DNA of 64,000 nt. Source: an uncultured Gammaproteobacteria bacterium. GTDB taxonomy: Bacteria; Patescibacteriota; Patescibacteriia; Patescibacteriales; GWC2-42-12. The DNA lies in the NCBI GenBank assembly GCA_964537265.1, contig CAZHZE010000002.1, forward strand, positions 100,861 to 164,860, read 5' to 3'. Made by a program: the position numbers and the translations under genes. Under the pieces are notes generated by a model. That model made no database searches. It was not told where the DNA came from and worked only from the letters and a program-made list of their open reading frames with translations. How positions within the stretch are numbered: the first letter of the stretch is position 1; each line of letters opens with the position of its first letter. Positions 56,281-64,000 of this stretch are shown in pieces.

Positions 56281-59200
56281 ATGTTTCATAAAAATCTCAA
56301 AACATCTTTATTGTTAATCGGGGTTGTTATTTTAACTTTAGGTTTATCTATCTCTTGTCAATCTCTTTTAGCCGCTTGGACCTCTCCTACTGGTAACCCT
56401 ACTACCTGCGATACCGGTAATCCTGGTTGCGATGAACCATTAAATAAGGGTAGTTTCCTACAAATTAAGAGTGGCCCTCTTTATGTTAATTCTGATCAAA
56501 TAGCAGCAACTGGCTTTGCGGCATATGGTAATGTTGGTATAGGAACTTTTTCTCCTAGTACCAATTTAGATGTTAATGGAAGTATAAAATCCACTAATTT
56601 AACTGTTTTTGATACTACGCCTAATGTTAATTATGGCATCTATGCCAACAAAAATTTTACTGATCCGGCTCACGGCACAATAATGCAATATTTGGCTGGT
56701 AAACCGACCTATACTGTTTCAGGCCCAGATCCCTCAAATTTTGCTACTAGCCAATTTGTTAATTATCCAATAATTAATGCTGGCCGAACTAATTCTGGGG
56801 TTATTTATGGTTTAGTTACTCAAGTTTTAAGAAATCTCAACGGTGTTTCAGCTGATGATAATGGCACTTTAGCAAATTTAAGAGGTTCATATATAGGTTA
56901 TGGTCATTATAATTCTAACACTTCAGCTGTTCCAAAAACCACTTATGCCTACGGGTTATTTATCCAACCTTATCAACGCACTGGCACCACAACTAATATG
57001 TATGATTTATATATCGCTAATCCAGTCACTGGTGGAGATGTTACTAATCAATACGGCATTTATCAACAATCAGCTTCTAGAAATAATTATTTTGCAGGGA
57101 ATGTCGGGATAGGAGACGGAACACCGTCATATAAATTAGATGTCACCGGCCAGATTAATGCTACGGGCGGACTATGTATTGCCGGAACCTGTAAAACTGC
57201 TTGGGATACATTTACGAATTATTGGACATTGTCCGGAGCTAATATTTATAACAATAACACCGGCAACGTCGGTATCGGCGTGGCTAATCCTGGCAACACA
57301 TTAAGCGTATATAATAATGGTAGTCAAAGTGTAACGATGGGCGTAGGTGGGGCATATCCGTCAGTATCCGCTAATGGCACTAATTATTACAAGCAGCTTC
57401 AAGTAAACGAACCAAAATATAATATTCCAGCCGGCATAACCGATAGCGGTTATCGCATTGGTTTGGCGGTTCAGGGGTATACTTATACCGCGGATTTTGC
57501 CGGAACTTTAAATCAGCAAGTTAGCGCCTGGATAAGAGCGGGGGCTAATAGTACTGTACCCACAGGGCATATTAATAATTCTTATGGTCTTCTTATAGAT
57601 AATCTTACGGCTCCAAATGTTACTATTGATAATGCCTATGGCATTTACCAATCATCAGCTACGGCAAAAAATTATTTTGCCGGCAACGTCGGCATTGGCA
57701 CGGCGAGTCCAACTGCAAAATTACAAGTTGCATACACAAGTGGTCAGCAGGGAATAATATCTTCTGGGCCAAGTGGTAATACACATATCCCATATACCGA
57801 TGGAAATTCTTATATAAGCGGCCAGAATCTTATTTTGAGAACGAATGGCAATACTGAGCAGATGAGAATAACTAGCTCCGGCAACGTCGGTATTGGTACG
57901 GCAGCCCCAACTCAAAAATTAGATGTTAGCGGCGGCATAGGTGTGTCTGGGCCGATATATCGCACAGCGGCTGGCGGTGGTTATTTGAACGGACGATATC
58001 CTAATATTGAAACCACAGGTACATCCGGCGCAATTTATTCAATCGGCGGCAGTTATGTGCCTGGAGTAAATAATTTAGGTAATATGTATGGTATAGGTTA
58101 TGGATATAGTGGTAACGCCGGTATTACTTTCACCGGATTGCCAGCAAGCCATTGGGGAATGTATGTAGCGTCAGGAGGAACACCTAATATCTTTCTATCT
58201 TCTTCTGGCGGCGCAGTATATACAACTGGTGGATTTTATACACAAGGATATGGAGTCAGAGATCCAGCAACTTCATATGGAACTCTTAGCTTAATTACCC
58301 CCAAAAATGGATATTATGGATTGCTTTTTGGCCAGAGCACATCTAACCCAAATTTAATGTTTGATTCTGCCGGCAACGGAGGAATTTATTATGAAAATCC
58401 AGGCACATGGCTCATGTATACAAATGCATCAAATAAATATATCGGAATTGGCACGACTGGACCAGGTTATAAATTACATGTTGTTGGTGATATTTATGCT
58501 AATGGCGGTTGGTTACGTACTAGCGGTTCTGCCGGTTGGTATAGCGAAACTTATGGTGGCGGCTGGTATATGTCAGATAGTACTTGGATTAGGTCTTATA
58601 ATGATAAAAATATTTGGACCGGAGCAGGGCTTTTAGGCAGTAATGGAGGCTTAACAGTTGGTTATGGCGGCTCAACGCCCCCTAGCGGTGGCGCTATTAT
58701 TGCCGGGAATGTCGGTATTGGAATATCAAGTCCTAATTCCGCGTTACAAATATACGGAGGTAATATCGGCGGTACGCAAACTGTTTATATTAGCGGTAAT
58801 GCATATGGAATTAACAGCTATGGTACTTCTATCGGAGTTTGGGGCAGAAGCAACAGTGGCAGTGGCGCAGGTTATGGAATTTATGGCGAAGCTGATGGAA
58901 CCGGAGTTTATGGAGCCGGGAAGAGCTACGGTGTCCGTGGCTATGCCAATTCCAGCTCTGGTTATGGAGTATATGGAACCGGCGGTGTCATTGGAATTTA
59001 TGGCAGTGGGGATACGGGTATCTATGGTGGCGGTACCACCTATGGTATTAGAGGTTTTGGCGGCTCCTATGGCGTTGTCGGTAATGGTGCCTCTTATGGC
59101 GTTTACGGTGTTAGTATTAATATCGGTGTTTATGCCAACGGAAGTGTTTATGATTTTTACGGAGCTCATGGCGGGCATACTGACGGACCGGCCTGGGACA

Positions 59201-59544
59201 ATGGTTCCAGCCGTGATTTAAAAGAAAATTTTACCGCAGTTGATAATCAAACAATTCTTAATAAAATCTTGGTCCTGCCTATGACAGAATGGAATTATAA
59301 ATCAGTCCCCGGAGCTAAGCATATTGGTCCAATCGCCGAAGATTTTTACCAACTATTCAAATTGGGCGACGGCGACAAAAGCGTCTCAACCATTGATCCC
59401 TCGGGTATTTCTTTGGTAGGTATTAAAGCTCTGAATGAAAAAATAGAAAATCAGCAAAAACAAATTGAAGACCAAAAAAATCAAAACGAACAATTACAAC
59501 AACAGATAAATGAATTAAAGATTCAAATTGAAAAGTTAAAATAA
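56281..59544 (+). CDS. Large secreted tail-fiber-like adhesin with a C-terminal peptidase-S74 (intramolecular chaperone, endosialidase-type) domain and a terminal coiled coil
   Basis: It has an N-terminal signal peptide and a Cys-containing N-domain (TCDTGNPGCDEP). Repeated YFAGNVGIGT..P..KLDV motifs and a long Gly/Tyr-rich beta-rich body follow. The C-terminus reads GAHGGHTDGPAWDNGSSRDLKENF...MTEWNYK...HIGPIAEDFYQLF, with Ser and Lys spaced five residues apart as in the S74 autoproteolytic dyad, followed by a coiled coil. Confidence 0.75.
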   Translation: MFHKNLKTSLLLIGVVILTLGLSISCQSLLAAWTSPTGNPTTCDTGNPGCDEPLNKGSFLQIKSGPLYVNSDQIAATGFAAYGNVGIGTFSPSTNLDVNGSIKSTNLTVFDTTPNVNYGIYANKNFTDPAHGTIMQYLAGKPTYTVSGPDPSNFATSQFVNYPIINAGRTNSGVIYGLVTQVLRNLNGVSADDNGTLANLRGSYIGYGHYNSNTSAVPKTTYAYGLFIQPYQRTGTTTNMYDLYIANPVTGGDVTNQYGIYQQSASRNNYFAGNVGIGDGTPSYKLDVTGQINATGGLCIAGTCKTAWDTFTNYWTLSGANIYNNNTGNVGIGVANPGNTLSVYNNGSQSVTMGVGGAYPSVSANGTNYYKQLQVNEPKYNIPAGITDSGYRIGLAVQGYTYTADFAGTLNQQVSAWIRAGANSTVPTGHINNSYGLLIDNLTAPNVTIDNAYGIYQSSATAKNYFAGNVGIGTASPTAKLQVAYTSGQQGIISSGPSGNTHIPYTDGNSYISGQNLILRTNGNTEQMRITSSGNVGIGTAAPTQKLDVSGGIGVSGPIYRTAAGGGYLNGRYPNIETTGTSGAIYSIGGSYVPGVNNLGNMYGIGYGYSGNAGITFTGLPASHWGMYVASGGTPNIFLSSSGGAVYTTGGFYTQGYGVRDPATSYGTLSLITPKNGYYGLLFGQSTSNPNLMFDSAGNGGIYYENPGTWLMYTNASNKYIGIGTTGPGYKLHVVGDIYANGGWLRTSGSAGWYSETYGGGWYMSDSTWIRSYNDKNIWTGAGLLGSNGGLTVGYGGSTPPSGGAIIAGNVGIGISSPNSALQIYGGNIGGTQTVYISGNAYGINSYGTSIGVWGRSNSGSGAGYGIYGEADGTGVYGAGKSYGVRGYANSSSGYGVYGTGGVIGIYGSGDTGIYGGGTTYGIRGFGGSYGVVGNGASYGVYGVSINIGVYANGSVYDFYGAHGGHTDGPAWDNGSSRDLKENFTAVDNQTILNKILVLPMTEWNYKSVPGAKHIGPIAEDFYQLFKLGDGDKSVSTIDPSGISLVGIKALNEKIENQQKQIEDQKNQNEQLQQQINELKIQIEKLK

Positions 59545-59609
59545 TTAAATATTATTAAATAACCCCAGTTAAATAATGCGGAAGTTGCAATTTAACGGGG
59601 CAAGAAATT

Positions 59610-60242
59610 ATGTCTAAAAAAATTATATTTGGTATTATTGCCGCTCTCATCATTTTTATCGCCGGAATTTTATGTGGAATAAGCATCCCAAAAAATAACT
59701 CAATTATTAGCGGAGGCAAAGATAATTCATTCCAAGCCGGTTGGGATGCGGCTAAAGCCAGATTAAGCCAATCACCGGCGGGAATGGCAATACCAACCAA
59801 CGCCGAAATTAAGAGCGTTAATGGCGCAATCCAAAAAATAGATGGCAATAAATTAACAGTAAAAATTAATCCGCTGGAACCGTTAGCGGATCCTAATTTA
59901 GATACAAGAATCGTTGTAGTTGATTCAAGCGCAAAAATAATTTTAGATGTCCCGAAAGATCAGGCTCAATTAGAAAAAGAAATGAAGGAATTTCAGGATA
60001 AAATGAAACAGCCATCCGCGCAAACCGATCCCTCTCAGCCGGCAGTTCCGATTATGCCGCCTACTTCCTTTACTTCTAAAGATATTTCGCTATCTGATTT
60101 AAAAGTTAATCAATATATTTCGGTTACTGCTAATGAAAATATTAAAGACAAAAAAGAATTTACAGCTACTCAAATAGAGGCTCAGGAATTTTCAGCCGTA
60201 GAGACTGTCGTGCCTGTAACACCATCTCCTACTTCTAATTAA
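59610..60242 (+). CDS. N-terminally anchored hypothetical protein
   Basis: A 210-aa ORF with a single N-terminal TM helix. It lies upstream of the second tail-fiber-like gene. Confidence 0.5.
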   Translation: MSKKIIFGIIAALIIFIAGILCGISIPKNNSIISGGKDNSFQAGWDAAKARLSQSPAGMAIPTNAEIKSVNGAIQKIDGNKLTVKINPLEPLADPNLDTRIVVVDSSAKIILDVPKDQAQLEKEMKEFQDKMKQPSAQTDPSQPAVPIMPPTSFTSKDISLSDLKVNQYISVTANENIKDKKEFTATQIEAQEFSAVETVVPVTPSPTSN

Positions 60243-60259
60243 TTAGTTAATTTAACTAT

Positions 60260-62761
60260 ATGCACTCAAAGCATTTTAAAATCTCTCTTCTTTTAATTTC
60301 AGCCGTTATTTTAACTCTGGGCCTATCTATTTCATTTCAATCTCTTCTAGCTGCTTGGACTTCTCCTTTAGCTAATCCAGTAACCTGTAACACCGGCGAT
60401 CCTGGTTGCGATGAACCATTAAATAAGGGTAGTTTCCTACAAATTAAGAGTGGCCCTCTTTATGTTAATTCTGATCAAATAGCAGCAACTGGTTTTGCGG
60501 CATATGGTAATGTTGGCATAGGTACTGTTGCTCCTAGCACCAATTTAGATGTTAATGGTAGTATAAAATCTACTAATTTAACTATTTTTGACACCACTCC
60601 TAATGTCAATTATGGTATCTATGGTAACAAAAGTTTTACTGATGCAGCTCATGGCACAATGATGCAATATTTATGGGCTAAACCAACCTATACTGGAGTT
60701 GAAACCGTAACTGAAAATTTTGCCACTAGCCAATTTCTCAACTATCCAATCATTAATACAGGCCATAATAATTCTGGAATTATGTATGGTTTAGTAACTC
60801 AAGTATTAAGAAATATTAATGGCGCTTCGGCTGATGATAATGGCACTTTAGCAAATTTAAGAGGTTCATATATAGGTTATGGCCATTATAATTCTAATAC
60901 TTCAGCCACGCCACAAACCACCAATGCCTATGGATTATATATTAATCCTTATCAAAGAACCGGTACTATAAATAATATATTTGATTTATATATCGCTAGC
61001 CCAGTCACTGGCGGAGATGTTACTAACCAATATGGCATCTATCAACAATCAGCTTCTAGAATAAATTATTTTGCCGGTGACTTAGGAGTTGGAACAATAG
61101 TTCCTAGCGCAAAATTAGATGTAAGAGATAGCTCGGGTGTTGGTGTCCAAACTTCATTATTAAATTTATCAGATACAGGAGCGGGTATTAATAATGGCGC
61201 GGCGATTAATTTTAGTTATGCTAGTGGTAATATATTGAATGCTAAAATAGGCGCTTTATCTGTCACTGGTGGTGGTGGTGCATTAACATTTAGCGTTGCA
61301 GCCTCTGATGGTGCTATTGCATCTGAACATATGAGAATTACAAAAGATGGAAAGGTTGGCATCGGCACAGCCAGCCCTAGTTATAAATTATCAGTTATAA
61401 GCGATGGCAGTGTAATAAACGGAGAACATTTTATTACTCAAGCAGTAGCTAATGCAAGTGGAAGTGGAATTTATCTTGGTTATATAGCTAATGGAAGTTC
61501 TATAACATCAGGATTAGTCAGGTCTGATAATAGTTTACCTTTAACATTGGGAACTAGTGCTACAAATCAAGCAGTAACTATATTAAATAATGGTAATGTT
61601 GGCGTAGGTACCACCAACCCAGTTTCAAAATTAGATTTAGGCACAAACTATTCAGACCCATCTACTTATCCAAATAAAATAACTCTTTGGAGTGGTGGTG
61701 CTAATAATTATTTTGGCTTCGGAGTTAGTTCTGGAGATTTGGATTATTTTGCTCAAGGCAACCATAGATTTTATACTGGTTATAATGGATCGGCAGGTAC
61801 GGAAAAAATGGTATTAACTAGTGCTGGCAACGTCGGAATAGGGACGACTAATCCAACATATAAATTATCAATAAACAGCGCAAACAGTACAGATAATTTA
61901 TTCCAAATTTCTACCACGACTAATTAAAGTGTTTTTATTGTTAATAGCAACGGTAGGGTTGGGATAGGAACGACTAATTCTAGATCAATATTGAGCGTTG
62001 GAGGAGAGGGGTCAGACAGCACAGGAGTATCTGGTTATGGAACAATCCAGGGGGTAATGGGGTTTAATGGCAACACAAGCCCAAACGGTAGAGGCGTGTA
62101 TGGTTATAGCGGAATTGGTACAGGTGTGCATGGTTATAGCGGTACTAAATATGGCGTGCATGGAGATAGTGGAAATTATATTGGCGTATATGGGACCGCT
62201 GGAGGTGGAGGAACGTCTATAGGTGTTTATGGTTTTTCTCAAAACTATGGCGTTTATGGAATAGGAGGAAATTATGGCGTTGGTGGTAATGGGGTTTACG
62301 GAGTTTATAGCAATGGCAGTACTAATGATTTTTATGGAGCTCATGGCGAAAAAACTGTTGGAGGTGTTTGGACAAATGCAACATCATATCGTCGCTATAA
62401 AGAAAATTTTTCTAGCACCGAAGGATATCTTGATAAATTAATGAATTTAGACATGTATGAATGGCAATATAAGGATGAAATAATTGACGGTTTAAATCGC
62501 TATACTAGCGATCCCTATAGGCATGCCTCGCCGTTTCTTGATGATTTTTATAATACTTTCCATCTCGGAACTATTGATGGTTATAATGTGCAAGATTTGG
62601 CCGGTGTTACTATTTCATCCGTTAAAGAATTAAATAAACGTTTTATAGATTATAAACAAAATTCAACTGATGAAATAAATATTTTAAATCAAAAAATTGA
62701 AAGTCAACAAAAACAAATAGATGATTTAAAAGCTCAAATTGAAAAATTAAGAAAACAATAA
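60260..62761 (+). pseudogene. Second tail-fiber-like adhesin paralog interrupted by a single in-frame TAA (61925-61927); upstream part 60260-61927, downstream part 61991-62761 carrying the S74 chaperone domain
   Basis: The two ORF-track ORFs are in the same frame, and translation between them has no further stop (SVFIVNSNGRVGIGTTNS continues the GxVGIGT repeat). The N-terminal 280 aa are about 85 percent identical to the 56281 product. The C-terminal part carries the S74 motif (GAHGEKTVGGVWTNATSYRRYKENF...YEWQYK...FLDDFYNTF) and a coiled coil. Confidence 0.6.
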
Positions 62762-62770
62762 GTAAACTAT

Positions 62771-64000
62771 ATGCGAGATTTTTTTAGAAAAAAAACTTGG
62801 TTTATTACAGCTTTAATGTTTGTTATTGCTTTCGGTTTGAGTTTCGCTATTGTTTATTATGAATTTGTTTTAAGCCCTAATATTAAAATTATCAAAGCCG
62901 ATAGCAGCAATAATATAAATGGTTATGCCTGGAGCCCGAATATTGGTTGGGTCAGTTTTAATTGCACCAATGATGATTCTTGCGCTACCAGTAATTATGG
63001 CGTTAGTTTAAATTCAGACACAGGCTATTTTAGCGGTTATGCCTGGAGCCCGAATATTGGTTGGATTAGTTTTAATGAAACAAATCCGCCTGATAATTAT
63101 AGTTTTAATACAAGCTGTAAAACATCTGGCTGCAATTCTTCTAACAATTGCACCGCTTGCTATAATTCAGGAAGTGAAAATGTTCATGGTTGGGCGAAAA
63201 TTTTAAGTTTGGGCGATAATGGTTGGATTAAATTTCATGATACTTGGACTAATGGCGTGTCAATAGATTCTGATACAGGGAGTTTAATTGGTTGGGCGTG
63301 GAATGGTAATAGTGATGATAGTGGTATCGGTTGGTTGAGTTTTAGTTGTGCTAATGATAATTCTTGCGCCACCTCTGATTATAAAGTTATTGCTACTATT
63401 AGCGCCGCGCCGACAATTACTGATTTAACAGCGCCTAATTGGAGTTTTGCTCAAGCCGCACAATATGGAGCTTTGCAGGCTAAATTAGGCTGGGTTTTTA
63501 ATGACGTTGATAATGGCGCGAGCGAAAGTGCTTATCAAATAATAGTTAATAATTCTAATAGCATTGATAACCCATTATTTAATTCAGGCAAGTGTACCGG
63601 ATATAAAGAACCTACTGGCAAATGTAAAATTGACGTTGGCGTGGATAGGTTTCCAATAGATTCTGTTATTGATTTAGATTATAATACGCCCTATTATTGG
63701 TGGATTAAAGTTTGGGACAATACTGATATAGCTTCATCTTTAATGCAGTATAACACTGATCAAGATACGCCTATTGAAGCAGATGATTTTTCGCGTTTAA
63801 CCTTTACTACTTATAAACATGAAATGCCTGACGTTGATTTTAGCTGGTTTCCGATTAGCCCAAGCAAAGGAGAAGAAGTTAATTTTATTAGCGATTCACA
63901 AATATATTCAACCGAGCATCCTGATACAGCAGTTGATTGCACGGAAGATTCGTGCGATTGGGAATGGAGCGCTACATCTGGTATTAATATAATTGCGCCG
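62771..64000 (+). CDS. Secreted repeat protein, 3' end beyond the window (not in the ORF track because no stop is reached)
   Basis: An ATG at 62771 opens a frame to the window end. An N-terminal TM/signal (TWFITALMFVIAFGLSFAIVYY) is followed by three copies of a motif of about 35 aa (GYAWSPNIGW[VI]SFN...D.SCATS.Y.V). Confidence 0.6.
   Translation, partial: MRDFFRKKTWFITALMFVIAFGLSFAIVYYEFVLSPNIKIIKADSSNNINGYAWSPNIGWVSFNCTNDDSCATSNYGVSLNSDTGYFSGYAWSPNIGWISFNETNPPDNYSFNTSCKTSGCNSSNNCTACYNSGSENVHGWAKILSLGDNGWIKFHDTWTNGVSIDSDTGSLIGWAWNGNSDDSGIGWLSFSCANDNSCATSDYKVIATISAAPTITDLTAPNWSFAQAAQYGALQAKLGWVFNDVDNGASESAYQIIVNNSNSIDNPLFNSGKCTGYKEPTGKCKIDVGVDRFPIDSVIDLDYNTPYYWWIKVWDNTDIASSLMQYNTDQDTPIEADDFSRLTFTTYKHEMPDVDFSWFPISPSKGEEVNFISDSQIYSTEHPDTAVDCTEDSCDWEWSATSGINIIAP

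Noticed and set aside
21654-61991. TTG start codons chosen by the ORF track at 21654, 28096, 36342 and 61991
   Set aside because: In-frame ATGs 12-18 nt downstream (21672, 28108, 36356) are more plausible. 61991 is not a start at all but the continuation of the interrupted fibre gene.
56281-62761. Prophage, on the basis of tail-fibre-like proteins with the S74 chaperone domain
   Set aside because: There are no capsid, portal, terminase, tail tube, lysis or integrase genes anywhere nearby. The flanking genes are cellular, including the pilus locus. I treated them as cellular adhesins.

Overview
This window is AT-rich and gene-dense, with almost every gene on the + strand, short spacers and few Shine-Dalgarno sequences. 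It looks like a reduced-genome bacterium, possibly of the Candidate Phyla Radiation/Patescibacteria type; that lineage call is inference from composition and gene content. No rRNA, CRISPR array, transposase or integrase was recognised.

- **Housekeeping genes:** a UvrD-like helicase fused to a Cas4/AddB-type iron-sulfur nuclease; pheS and pheT split by a four-helix-bundle (Avd / 23S-IVS family) gene; a methyl-cycle block (PfkB kinase, ahcY, metK); a riboflavin block (ribE, ribH and a standalone flavokinase); recG and radA.
- **Cell-surface and DNA-transfer machinery:**
  - a 5'-truncated glycine-rich tandem-repeat protein;
  - a 2305-aa cysteine-rich secreted giant in an apparent operon with a VirB6/TrbL-like polytopic membrane protein;
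  - a VirB3-like/VirB4 ATPase module immediately followed by comFC;
  - a complete type IV pilus locus (pilM, pilN, pilO, pilB, a CheY-like receiver, pilT, pilC, two pilins, pilD) with an O-antigen-ligase/TPR protein between the pilins and pilD;
  - two paralogous tail-fiber-like adhesins carrying C-terminal peptidase-S74 chaperone domains, the second split by one in-frame TAA;
  - a partial repeat-rich secreted protein at the window end.
- **RNA genes:** tRNA-Ser(TGA) and tRNA-Ser(GCT) on the minus strand flanking an HD-domain gene, and a tRNA with an unusual GCG anticodon (Arg) on the + strand.

The most unusual signals are these:
- a family of 7-bp tandem repeats (unit CGAATTA) sits in spacers and also in-frame in three unrelated genes (uvrD-like, recG, pilD), where it encodes ITNY(E/Q)L;
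- a duplicated tRNA-Ser 3' end lies 1 kb from the tRNA, bracketing a GC-rich structured segment that could be an integration scar or a structured RNA;
- a GC-richer islet between recG and radA holds two SD-led small ORFs, a structured spacer and several hairpin terminators;
- the VirB3-like/VirB4 + comFC locus and the giant cysteine-rich protein/VirB6-like operon are strong candidates for the host-interaction or DNA-uptake apparatus of this organism.

One coordinate caveat: the ORF track and the printed sequence disagree by 1 nt around 60240-60262. ORF-track coordinates are used for CDS and my own indexing for the small features, so small features carry an uncertainty of +/-1-2 nt.
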